DNA of 64,000 nucleotides from Candidatus Poribacteria bacterium (GTDB taxonomy: Bacteria; Poribacteria; WGA-4E; WGA-3G): the NCBI GenBank assembly GCA_963663765.2, contig CAXXUA010000003.1:201534-265533 (forward strand). The letters run 5' to 3'. The notes under the pieces were generated by a model. It was not told where the DNA came from and ran no database searches. It worked only from the letters and a program-made list of their open reading frames with translations. Positions 19,926 to 29,580 of the stretch are shown here, piece after piece; the stretch's first letter is position 1, and every line of letters begins with the position of its first letter. The position numbers were made by a program, and so were the translations under genes.

Positions 19926-20561
19926 ATGAAAATGCATATTGAAAAAGTCACAGCATTCATTACTCAAGAACGCAATGGTGTAAAGGTGGTGCTTGTATTC
20001 AAACATCCAACTGCGGGTGTCCAAATCCCTGCGGGGTCTGTGGAAGTCGGTGAAGATCTTGAGACTGCAGTCTTACGCGAAACGTATGAAGAAACGGGAC
20101 TGCAACAGGTAAAGATTGAAAAATACCTCGGTTGTTTTGAAAATGAGTTTGGCAAACAACAGCGAATCATCACAAAAACAACTGAAGTCTATATCAAACC
20201 CGATATAAATGCAGTGCCTTACAAGAAAAAACTGACAAGAGGACTCACTGTTGATTACCATTCTACCCAAGAAGACTTCACACACATTTCGTATATTGAA
20301 TATGTTTATGATGAATGTCACAAACCCATACATATTGACTATAACATTACCGGATGGGTGCCGAATAAAAGCATAAGTTCTCAGAAAAAGAGACATTTTT
20401 TCCACTTATCCACACCAGAGAAAACAGCGGATGCATGGAAATTGAAAAGTGATTTGGGGCATATTTTCCAACCTTTTTGGACTCCGCTTTCACCGAAACC
20501 TGATATTATACCACCACAAGATAGATGGTTGGATTTTGTCTACGAAAAACTGCTTAGATAG
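19926..20561 (+). CDS. NUDIX hydrolase
   Basis: Nudix box GSVEVGEDLETAVLRETYEETGL (Gx5Ex7REUxEExGU). Confidence 0.8.
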   Translation: MKMHIEKVTAFITQERNGVKVVLVFKHPTAGVQIPAGSVEVGEDLETAVLRETYEETGLQQVKIEKYLGCFENEFGKQQRIITKTTEVYIKPDINAVPYKKKLTRGLTVDYHSTQEDFTHISYIEYVYDECHKPIHIDYNITGWVPNKSISSQKKRHFFHLSTPEKTADAWKLKSDLGHIFQPFWTPLSPKPDIIPPQDRWLDFVYEKLLR

Positions 20562-20618
20562 TTCGGCTAAAAAAGTATCAATTGTTATCATAATACGACT
20601 ACCAAAAAGGAGAAAAAG

Positions 20619-21719
20619 ATGTCAACGTATCGTGCGGGTGTCATCGGTTTAGGACGAATGGGAAGCACCTTTGACGACGAAATTACACAGGGAGGTTCAC
20701 TCTTTCTGCCTTACTGTCATGCGCCAAGTTATGTGTCATCACCCAAAACGGAATTGGTAGCGGGTGCTGACCTACATGCCGAACAAGCCTCAATCTTTGC
20801 AGAACGATGGGGACTCAGTTCGGAACATATTTATAGCGATTATCGTGAAATGCTTGCGAAGGAAAATCTTGATTTGGTCAGTATTTGCACAACAGCACGG
20901 GTTCGGTCAACTATCGTGCAAGATGTTGCGAGTGCTGGTGTCAAGGGTATTTGGGCAGAAAAACCGATTTCACTTAGCCTTGCAGAAGCAGATAAGATGT
21001 TGGATGTCTGCAGAGAAAACAATGTTGTCATCGCAATCAATTGTGCAAGACGATGGAATCCCTTCTTTAGTGAAGCGAAAAAACTAATTGATGAGGAGGA
21101 AATCGGAAATGTGCTGCAAGTAACTGTATATGCACAGTGTGGTCTCTCACATAATGGTAGCCATGCTATTGATATTTTACGTTACATGGCGGGTGGTAAT
21201 GTGGAGTGGGTTTTCGGTGAAATGCAATCTGACGCAGCTGCCGAAAGTGAAAACGACCTGATGGGAAACGGTTATCTTGTTTTTGATAACGGTGTCCGTG
21301 CGTATCTCCGAAGCACGTCATGTGGAGCGGCACCCTGGGAAGTGGATGTTATCGGTACAAAAGGACGTATTCGTTCAATCAACAATGCCGAAACCTTTGA
21401 GTTGATCCGTATGCTTCCGGGTGGCAGACGTGGACGTGGTGTTCCTGCAAAATGTCCGTTCCCGTTACCTGTGCGGATGCAAGGTATGGGATTGACCATC
21501 CTTGACGACATCATCAACGCTATTGAGAACGGAGGTTCACCTAAATGTTCCGGTGACGATGGACGCGCAGCGTTAGAGATTGCTATAGCATTGCGAGAAT
21601 CGCATCGGCGCGGTGGTGTAAAGGTGAACTTACCGATTGAAGACCGGGAACTACGCATCCTTTCATCAGAGATTCGCGGTGACGAGACACCTGCGCGTGT
21701 AAGGCGGATGCGGGGTTGA
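20619..21719 (+). CDS. Gfo/Idh/MocA family oxidoreductase
   Basis: GVIGLGRMGS Rossmann motif and IWAEKP motif, 366 aa. AGGAG lies upstream of ATG 20619. Confidence 0.8.
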   Translation: MSTYRAGVIGLGRMGSTFDDEITQGGSLFLPYCHAPSYVSSPKTELVAGADLHAEQASIFAERWGLSSEHIYSDYREMLAKENLDLVSICTTARVRSTIVQDVASAGVKGIWAEKPISLSLAEADKMLDVCRENNVVIAINCARRWNPFFSEAKKLIDEEEIGNVLQVTVYAQCGLSHNGSHAIDILRYMAGGNVEWVFGEMQSDAAAESENDLMGNGYLVFDNGVRAYLRSTSCGAAPWEVDVIGTKGRIRSINNAETFELIRMLPGGRRGRGVPAKCPFPLPVRMQGMGLTILDDIINAIENGGSPKCSGDDGRAALEIAIALRESHRRGGVKVNLPIEDRELRILSSEIRGDETPARVRRMRG

Positions 21720-21758
21720 AATAGTTTATATGTGCATTACACAAAATAAATATTTAAT

Positions 21759-21788
21759 TTGAAAATATAATTGGAAATATGGTATATT
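21759..21788 (+). promoter_or_regulatory. Sigma-70-like promoter candidate TTGAAA-18 nt-TATATT upstream of the NTPase/HEPN operon
   Basis: Hexamers read at 21759..21764 and 21783..21788, inside a very AT-rich 124-bp spacer and 55 nt upstream of ATG 21844. Confidence 0.3.
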
Positions 21789-21843
21789 TACGGTAAGTCT
21801 TACTTTTCGTACTAAACTTTAAAGTGTCAAGAATAGAATAGTT

Positions 21844-24800
21844 ATGCGTATACAATTAATTCAACAAAAGGTTCCAATTGGAAGCCAAGTCACATTTACA
21901 ATGAAAACTGGCGAGAAAATGTCAGGTTCGTTAACGGAACTTGGTAAAGATTATGTTGCATTAGATGTCCTAAATGGCCAAGCAATTTTGGATGTTAAAG
22001 AGATAGAGGGTATTCATCTAGGCATTTATGTTGATGAATCAGATAGTTCAGTTTCTTCTGTAATTTCACTCACAACATCTGAGGATCCTGAAGATATTCC
22101 GTTACCAACTGAGGCTAATCCGAAACTTGGTGATAACCAAATTCTGTCAACACCTGATGGAATCGAACCAGTCGTTGAACAGGAATCTCCCGATGTTGCT
22201 GCTGTATCAACTGAAGTTTTTAATTCTTCAGAGGACTCTTCGATCTCTGTTGAAGAACCTGAAAATTCAGATTCTATTGGTATACAAACTGACTTTGTTG
22301 ATCCTGAAGAACAACTTGATGAAATTGAAAAACGGTTTAAGAACGAAATTGAATCTGCTAATATTGAATTGCAACCTCCAGATTTTACTTTTCCAGCAGA
22401 TGAATTGAAAGGTTGGCAAAATACAAGTATTGCTGGCAAATGGTTACAAATCAAGAATACGTTTAAGAACGCTGAAAGAATCAATGAATTAAGTACCAAA
22501 TTTGGCAGAATCCAACCACTTCTTAGTGAACTCACCTCTTTAGTTAGACGTTTTCCGAATTCTCCATCACTTAAACGTGTTACTGCATATTTTAACGCAG
22601 TATCAGATGATTGGCAAGAGGCAATTCAAATATATAAAGAAGTGGCGATTACTTCAAAAGATTTCATTGACTGGTTTAATGTAGCGGTATCAGCGTTGAA
22701 TTTGAATGAAGAAGAGTTCGCTTGTTATAGTTTAGAGAGATTCTTCAATGGTGTTTCTGTAATTGATAAGCCGAATGCATGGTATATTTATGTCAATCTC
22801 GTAGAGAAATTCAACAATCTTTCTGCATTCCGTGATCTGTGTAAAATAGACGAAAACGATGTTGCTGAAAATGAAATTGAGATTTTATTGGACACGGCTA
22901 TATATCTCTTTAAGAGGAAGGTTACCACAGAATTAGCAATAGAAATTGTACAAAAACGAATCAAAGGTGAACCCGCTGTATCTTTGTTAAAAGAAGTCTC
23001 TGCAAAACTTGGTGGTCAGTCCGTTGAATCTTTCCGTCAATTCTTGGAAGAATTCATGAACGAGAGGATTGCTTCAGAAGAAAAAGACAACTCTATACAT
23101 CTGGGATATTCTGAACCCTTTGGAAATACTAAAGCACCTACTCGCGATGTAACACTACAAAAACCTTATTCACGACCAACAGTTAAACTTACAGGGGAAG
23201 AACTTTATAGAAAAGCACAGAGAGCCGATAAAATAGACAAAAACCTTGCGAAAGCAGAAAAACTTTTCCGAGAATGTATTCGTCAAAATATTCGGTATGA
23301 CAGTGCAATTAAGGATTTAGCGATGGTGCTCGTGCGATTAGATCGTTCGTTGGAAGCCGTGGAACTTCTTGAAAAATATCGGCCAGATGTAGAAGATAAA
23401 CAGTCTTTAGATAATACTCTCATAATGGTATATCCAACTGCGGATCAGTATGAGAAAGCAATTGATCTTCTTAACAATTCTCTTAAACTAACTTCAGAGA
23501 GAGAAAAAAGGGCGCATATACACTCGCAAATATCCAGTAATTACATTAAATTAGGAAATTATTCAAATGCAGAAAAACAATTCCGAGAGGTGCTAAAGTT
23601 ACGGCCTAACAATATCACCGTGCAACGGAACCTTGCACTTTGTCTCTCAAAACAAGACCGTTATACAGAAGCAGAAGAAATCTTAAACCGAATTCAAAAT
23701 ATCTCTCCTAATGCTAAAACTGCTGAATTATTGGAAGCAATTGAAAAGGCAAAAGCAACTGGAGAATTTATTCTTGATGATGACAGTTTTATTCCGACAC
23801 CTTCAGATTTTTCTGGTGAATTAAGCGAATTTGCACATTTCTTTCTGAAACGTTGTGAGTTTGAAGGTCTGGAATCCAACATAATTGCCCAAAGAGTGCA
23901 AGATGGAAAATATACGGGGTCGGAAAAAGACGTAAAACGCGATATTGATAGACTTAGAGTAGTCTCCAGCAAACTGGGTCCTAGTAGTCCACGAGAACGT
24001 AGTAACTATAATCTATCTGCAGCCAGAATCTATTTTGATATAAGAGATAATAGGGATTCTTTTTATCAAGACCTTTGCCGTAGTTTTGCTTCAAGAGGCG
24101 ATGCTGCAGTGATTGAAAATAGGGATTTAGATGCTGCGAGGGGGTGGTATTGTGAAGCACTGACCGTTTACGATGGAGCCAGAATTCATCATGGAAATGA
24201 TGAAATAGGTTCTCTTGTAAAAGATGCAGATGGCTCACTTGTCAGGTATCTCTATTCAATATTGGGGGCTGAACGTATACCACGACCACCTAAGATTCCA
24301 TCTGTCAGTACAGCGGTATCAGATGTTATTTGTACTGAGAGTGAAAAAGTTTTCGATGCAATAGTTTATTTAGTTTCACACAGTGGATATGCTTCTGAAA
24401 AAATTTTACGTTGTCTTTACGAAAACACATCCTTACGAAGTATAGCTCTAAAATATTTAGAAAAAAAAGTGTTAGATCATCATCTTCCTGTTAAAGGTCA
24501 GAGTGATTTCATTCAATTGTGGAACGATTTACGACACAATCAATTTGGCAAAGCACACAGTATTTCAAACGGTTTAAGGGTTTTACAGACTTTTGAAATC
24601 TCGGTAGCTTGGTTGGAAGATAACATTAAACACATAGAAAATATTCGCACTAACCTTTTCTTTGAATTAGACAAACAGAGAATTGCAGAATTACGGAGAA
24701 TATTTTATACTGCATTAGAACTTTGCCAACAGAAAGTGTTTGGAGAACAGGAGTATCGTTGTAAGTTACTCGATCGTTTCTGTGAAGATCTACTCGGACA

Positions 24801-26478
24801 AATTGAAATGAATCCAACAAAGTTTTCAGTAGAAGATGTTTATCCACTTATTGATGTTATTCACCAGAAAGTTAAAGAACATCTAGAAGGACTCTACGAA
24901 ACTTTGAAACCTCAATTGACATTAAGGTTAGCAGAAGGAAAGGAATCTTGTGTGCCAGTTGATAGGAGAATTGAGGTGCAAATTGTTGTGGAGAATGAAG
25001 AAGGACGAATGCCTGCTGATGCATTAAAATTAGTAGCTCAGGCGGATGAATCATTTTTTGAAGTAACAGTGCCAGATGTTGAATTAGCAGAATCATTGCG
25101 CGGAGGTAAAGACGCTCAGACAATTCTAAAGGTTCCTTTGCGTTTAACAGATGCAGCTTTGCAATCAGAAGCATTCTCTCTACCTATTTACGCTGAGTAC
25201 GGTATCCGTGGAGGAAAACGAGATAAAACTCCAGTTCAAAATCTCTCTGTCAGACTTAATTCAGAAGATGCGTTTGAGAAAATTGCAAACCCTTATGCGC
25301 GTTTTGCTGAAGGAGGCGTTGTTGGGGATGCGGAGATGTTCTTTGGACGTGATGAGTTAATTCAAAATATTTCAAAGTCCATTAAAGAATCTCATTTTCA
25401 AAGTAAGTCAGTTGTTGTATTTGGACAAAAACGATCTGGAAAATCCTCAGTTTTGTATCACCTAAAGAAATCACTTCAAGAAGATAAAAATTTGCTTATT
25501 CTTGATTTAGAAAACATTGCTGCAATTCTGGGAGAGAATTCTAATGTCTCACTCTTAACCCTGATTTTCAAGAACATTTTATCAGAATTGCAAGATGCTA
25601 TCGAAGATCACATAGATAAAGGTTTTACACCTTTAGAAATTGCTATTCCTTCTGATATGGACTTCTATTCACATCCTAACCCTCAGCAGTGTTTTGGAAG
25701 TATATTTAGGAGTTTCAGACGTGAGATTTCTAAACAGGAAGATTGGCGTGATGTCCGGGTTGTCCTACTGATTGATGAATTTCAGTATATTTATTCTCGA
25801 ATTGTTGATGGTAAGATTCCCGAATCGTTCATGCAAAGTTGGAAGGCTTTTTTGCAAGCAAACTATTTCCATACAGTTTTAGTAGGTCAGGATGTAATGC
25901 CAAAGTTTAAAGCACGTTTTCCTAACGAGTTTGGTACAACTCAAGATGAGCGGGTTACTTATCTGAAACCAGACGATGCACGAAGACTTATTGACGAACC
26001 CATACGCATTGGTGGCAGACAGGGTGACAGTCGCTATCGTGAACAAGCAATTGAACGGATTTTGGATCTCACTGCTGGCAGCCCGTTCTACATTCAAATT
26101 ATTTGCAACCGTCTTGTTGAATACATGAACGTTAAACACGCTGGACTTGTAACAGAGGCAGACGTTGACCAGGTTAAGAATGAATTGATACGCGATGTAA
26201 ATGCGTTAGGTTTAGACAAATTTGATAATCTCATCAATTCAGGAGATACCTCACCAGATGCTATAACAGATGAAGATGTCATAAAAGTCCTTAAGATAAT
26301 TGCTGACAATAGTAGTAAAACAGATCCTTGTCCTCGTGATAAAATTGTTTGCCAAACAGGTTCACCAATTGATACTATTCTGGATGATCTTGAGAAGCGA
26401 GATGTTGTTAAACGCCGCGATCAATCTTATCAAATTCAGGTGGGACTTTTCAGAGAGTGGCTGATTGAGAACGGTTAA
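21844..26478 (+). CDS. 1544-aa multidomain protein: Sm-like N-terminal barrel, acidic linker, TPR repeats, unassigned middle region, P-loop NTPase (Arch_ATPase/STAND-like), winged-helix tail
   Basis: Sm1-like pattern GSQVTFTMKTGEKMSGSLTELGKDYVALDV. D/E/S-rich low-complexity stretch. TPR-like AEKLFRECIRQ...NAEKQFREVLKLRPNN...YTEAEEIL. NPYARF..FFGRDE..GQKRSGKSS (25423..25449) and LLIDEF (25765..25782). Confidence 0.7.
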   Translation: MRIQLIQQKVPIGSQVTFTMKTGEKMSGSLTELGKDYVALDVLNGQAILDVKEIEGIHLGIYVDESDSSVSSVISLTTSEDPEDIPLPTEANPKLGDNQILSTPDGIEPVVEQESPDVAAVSTEVFNSSEDSSISVEEPENSDSIGIQTDFVDPEEQLDEIEKRFKNEIESANIELQPPDFTFPADELKGWQNTSIAGKWLQIKNTFKNAERINELSTKFGRIQPLLSELTSLVRRFPNSPSLKRVTAYFNAVSDDWQEAIQIYKEVAITSKDFIDWFNVAVSALNLNEEEFACYSLERFFNGVSVIDKPNAWYIYVNLVEKFNNLSAFRDLCKIDENDVAENEIEILLDTAIYLFKRKVTTELAIEIVQKRIKGEPAVSLLKEVSAKLGGQSVESFRQFLEEFMNERIASEEKDNSIHLGYSEPFGNTKAPTRDVTLQKPYSRPTVKLTGEELYRKAQRADKIDKNLAKAEKLFRECIRQNIRYDSAIKDLAMVLVRLDRSLEAVELLEKYRPDVEDKQSLDNTLIMVYPTADQYEKAIDLLNNSLKLTSEREKRAHIHSQISSNYIKLGNYSNAEKQFREVLKLRPNNITVQRNLALCLSKQDRYTEAEEILNRIQNISPNAKTAELLEAIEKAKATGEFILDDDSFIPTPSDFSGELSEFAHFFLKRCEFEGLESNIIAQRVQDGKYTGSEKDVKRDIDRLRVVSSKLGPSSPRERSNYNLSAARIYFDIRDNRDSFYQDLCRSFASRGDAAVIENRDLDAARGWYCEALTVYDGARIHHGNDEIGSLVKDADGSLVRYLYSILGAERIPRPPKIPSVSTAVSDVICTESEKVFDAIVYLVSHSGYASEKILRCLYENTSLRSIALKYLEKKVLDHHLPVKGQSDFIQLWNDLRHNQFGKAHSISNGLRVLQTFEISVAWLEDNIKHIENIRTNLFFELDKQRIAELRRIFYTALELCQQKVFGEQEYRCKLLDRFCEDLLGQIEMNPTKFSVEDVYPLIDVIHQKVKEHLEGLYETLKPQLTLRLAEGKESCVPVDRRIEVQIVVENEEGRMPADALKLVAQADESFFEVTVPDVELAESLRGGKDAQTILKVPLRLTDAALQSEAFSLPIYAEYGIRGGKRDKTPVQNLSVRLNSEDAFEKIANPYARFAEGGVVGDAEMFFGRDELIQNISKSIKESHFQSKSVVVFGQKRSGKSSVLYHLKKSLQEDKNLLILDLENIAAILGENSNVSLLTLIFKNILSELQDAIEDHIDKGFTPLEIAIPSDMDFYSHPNPQQCFGSIFRSFRREISKQEDWRDVRVVLLIDEFQYIYSRIVDGKIPESFMQSWKAFLQANYFHTVLVGQDVMPKFKARFPNEFGTTQDERVTYLKPDDARRLIDEPIRIGGRQGDSRYREQAIERILDLTAGSPFYIQIICNRLVEYMNVKHAGLVTEADVDQVKNELIRDVNALGLDKFDNLINSGDTSPDAITDEDVIKVLKIIADNSSKTDPCPRDKIVCQTGSPIDTILDDLEKRDVVKRRDQSYQIQVGLFREWLIENG

Positions 26479-26488
26479 TGGAGAAGAT

Positions 26489-27994
26489 ATGAATTTTGAA
26501 AATCCTTTTGTAAATTATGGCAAAATTGTTCGTGGTGAACGTTTCATTGGACGTCATAAAATTCATAGTGTGATTGAAAACCGAATTATTTATCCTGTTA
26601 ACCCTGGAAATTTAGCCATCATTGGTGTGCATCGCATTGGCAAAAGTAGTCTTGCTTACAAAACAATCATTGAACAAAAAGAGAAACTAATTGCTAAGGG
26701 AATCCTGCCTATTTGGATTGGACTATCTTCCTACGATCAGTCATCAGAGTTTTTCAGTTCGCTGGTAGTTGAATGTGTCAATGAAATGGAAGATTTAGAT
26801 TGGCTAACTGAGAAAATTCAACGTTTAGCTGATCGTGCATTAGAAGATGGTGCTACGTGGGACCGAACAAGACGTTTTTTTAAAGAAGTGCAAAAAGCTG
26901 GATATGGTACACTTTTCATTCTGGATGAATTTGATCATGCTCGTTATATCTTCAAGGGTGAGACAGCATTCCAACGTTTGCGAGAATTAGCCGATTATCC
27001 AGATTACCGTTTGTCGCTTGTGCTCACGTCCCGTCGTAGCATTAAGGATATTGAAACCGCGGCTGGTTCTTCATCTCCGTTTCATAACATTTTCCAAGTA
27101 CAACGTTTAGCCATGTTCAATGATGATGACTTAGCAATCTACTTTTCCCGATTTTCAGATATGGGAATATCTATATCTGATGAACAAAGACAACGGGTGT
27201 TGTTCTATTGTGGAGTTCACCCCTACTTGTTGGAAATGTTAGGTTGGGAAATCGTTGAGAGGTATCGTCAAAATCAAGAACAAGATGTTGATATCGATTT
27301 AGCAGCAGATACTATCCTACAGTCTATCTTTGGTCATTATGACGATATGATTCGGTTGCTGCGGGAGGAAGAAACCTTAAATAAACTTCTCCAGATTTTA
27401 TTTGGTCCTGCCATTGATGTTACACCAACAGATGTAACAGAACTTGAAAACTACGGTTTGATTAAGTCAGTTAATGAATGTCCTTATATTGCATACTCAG
27501 AACACTTTCACGATTACCTAAAACTACATGAAAGTGCAACAGAATTTGTTGATGATTTACATTCTATCTGGAGCAAAACTGAGAATGTGCTCCGCGAGGT
27601 AATCACAACAACCATGTTTGGTGTATTTGGAGATGATTGGATTGAAGAATTCGAGAAAACACGCCCTAATCTGAAACAGATTTTCGATAAATGTCGTCAA
27701 GCACAACAGAAGGAAGAAAAGTCATTTCCAGATCAAGCATCACAAAATCTAATTGATTATACCTATCCAGCAGATCTGTTTAGGATAATTCTTGGTAAAG
27801 GAATATGGGATCAGCATTTTCAAACAATCTTTGGTCAATATACGGGTTACTGGGACGAACGGGGTAAGTTTCTTGCGAAATGTAGAACTCCTTTGGATCA
27901 CAACCGGGATAAAATACTTAAACCTCACCAACGAAAAATATTTGAAGCGTATTGTGATGAAATTCTGGGAGTGCTGTCTAATAGCATCCAGTGA
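26489..27994 (+). CDS. P-loop NTPase (Arch_ATPase/STAND-like) fused to a C-terminal Swt1-like HEPN domain
   Basis: ATG 26489, with GGAG upstream, lies 10 nt after the upstream stop. NPFVNY..FIGRH..GVHRIGKSS (26624..26650) and FILDEFDH (26915..26938). The C-terminus ENVLREVI..FGDDWIEEF...LIDYTYPADLFRIILGKGIWDQHF...CRTPLDHNR carries Rx4H at 27884..27901. Confidence 0.7.
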   Translation: MNFENPFVNYGKIVRGERFIGRHKIHSVIENRIIYPVNPGNLAIIGVHRIGKSSLAYKTIIEQKEKLIAKGILPIWIGLSSYDQSSEFFSSLVVECVNEMEDLDWLTEKIQRLADRALEDGATWDRTRRFFKEVQKAGYGTLFILDEFDHARYIFKGETAFQRLRELADYPDYRLSLVLTSRRSIKDIETAAGSSSPFHNIFQVQRLAMFNDDDLAIYFSRFSDMGISISDEQRQRVLFYCGVHPYLLEMLGWEIVERYRQNQEQDVDIDLAADTILQSIFGHYDDMIRLLREEETLNKLLQILFGPAIDVTPTDVTELENYGLIKSVNECPYIAYSEHFHDYLKLHESATEFVDDLHSIWSKTENVLREVITTTMFGVFGDDWIEEFEKTRPNLKQIFDKCRQAQQKEEKSFPDQASQNLIDYTYPADLFRIILGKGIWDQHFQTIFGQYTGYWDERGKFLAKCRTPLDHNRDKILKPHQRKIFEAYCDEILGVLSNSIQ

Positions 27995-28051
27995 ACTCAT
28001 CTGAAGCATCATTACACAAAAGTACTTTCATTTAAGACAGAAATGTAACGT

Positions 28052-29566
28052 TTATGCATACGCGAAGCGATCAACACGTTTTTCCAATGGCTCCATCTCC
28101 TCAAGAATGGCCCCTATGAGGTTTGCCTTATCAGCTGCATAAGCGGGATTATCCCAGTGGTTAACGCGTTCAGCAGGATCACTTTCCAAGTCGTAGAGTT
28201 CACCATACGGATGTCCGCAATACCATGTCAACTTCCGCGTGTCAGTCACAATGGTTTTAAGACGCAAACCTTGTGGGTCGTCAACACATTCCACCAACAA
28301 TGAATCTCTCACAGACTCTTGTTCTCCAGTAAGCATCGGCATTGCGTCCACACCATCAATATCGGATGGGATCGGCAACCCGGCAGCAGCAAGAACAGTC
28401 GGGACAATATCAACATGACTGAAGAGAGCCTGTGAACGTTGTCCAGATGGAATAGCAGCAGGATACCGCATTAAAGTCGGCACGCGGACAAGTTGCTCAT
28501 AATGGAAAGGTCCCTTCATCCAAAGTCCGTGGTCACCCAACAGTTCTCCGTGGTCTGTCGTAAACAGGACTAACGTATTATCGCGCATCCCTTGCGCATC
28601 AAGACATTCCAAAATGCGTCCCATCTGCTGATCAATAATCTTCACCATATTGTAATAATATGCTCTACCGAGTCTCGCATCGTCCTCAGAGACTTTGCGA
28701 AAATCTGCACCGCCACCTTGTCCCGCCATCGCAAACTTGCCTTTTGTCTTTGAATTTCTAAGTTGACCACACCGAGCTTCCATAAAGTGTGGAGGTTTGT
28801 CCTCCAACTCACCTTCAACAAAATCTGGCAGCAGTACTTCAGCAGGATTAACGCGTTCCTCAAATTCAGTTGGTACACAGTGTGGATGGTGCGGGTCTTG
28901 AAAACCGACTGACAACAAGAAAGGTTGATCAGCATCACGGTTTGTCAAAAAATCTATCGTTCGATCAGCAGTCCAAATACTGTTGTGGTATTTTAGGGGA
29001 ATATCCCAATCGTGCGCGCCACCACCAAAACCTACTTTTGACAGACGTCTCGCTTTGCTGTAACTGGCAAAATCTTCTGCAGAAACCTGAGATTTCACCC
29101 ACTCACCATAATGTCCGGCGATACCATACGTTGCATGACCGAGTGCTAATTCTATTGTCTCAAATCCGTAGTAAGGTCCGCAGAAATCTGGGTAACGATC
29201 CGTGTTGTTTCGCGTTTCCATTGATAGTTCTGGGGATGCACCAAAGGGTTGAAAATGAGCTTTACCAATGTAGTGTGTGCGATATCCAGCTTCCGAGAGT
29301 CGGTTTGAGATCATCGGTTCATCTTCGGGGACATTCATACCAACATTCCATGCACCGTGCCGACTCACATACTTACCAGAAAAGATTGAAGCACGGGCAG
29401 GAGTGCATACTGGATTTGTACAATACGCACGTTCAAAACAGACACCTTCAGCTGCAAATTTGTCTAAATGCGGAGTATCTGTAAATGTTGAGCCGTAGCA
29501 GCTGAGACTATCCGTACGCTGCTGGTCGGTCGTAATAATGATTATATTCGGACGTTGTGTGTTCAT
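28052..29566 (-). CDS. Sulfatase (formylglycine-dependent arylsulfatase family)
   Basis: PNIIIITTDQQR followed by the CTPARASIFSG (CxPxR) formylglycine motif, 504 aa. Confidence 0.9.
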   Translation of the reverse strand: MNTQRPNIIIITTDQQRTDSLSCYGSTFTDTPHLDKFAAEGVCFERAYCTNPVCTPARASIFSGKYVSRHGAWNVGMNVPEDEPMISNRLSEAGYRTHYIGKAHFQPFGASPELSMETRNNTDRYPDFCGPYYGFETIELALGHATYGIAGHYGEWVKSQVSAEDFASYSKARRLSKVGFGGGAHDWDIPLKYHNSIWTADRTIDFLTNRDADQPFLLSVGFQDPHHPHCVPTEFEERVNPAEVLLPDFVEGELEDKPPHFMEARCGQLRNSKTKGKFAMAGQGGGADFRKVSEDDARLGRAYYYNMVKIIDQQMGRILECLDAQGMRDNTLVLFTTDHGELLGDHGLWMKGPFHYEQLVRVPTLMRYPAAIPSGQRSQALFSHVDIVPTVLAAAGLPIPSDIDGVDAMPMLTGEQESVRDSLLVECVDDPQGLRLKTIVTDTRKLTWYCGHPYGELYDLESDPAERVNHWDNPAYAADKANLIGAILEEMEPLEKRVDRFAYA

Positions 29567-29580
29567 AGATATTGACAGCC

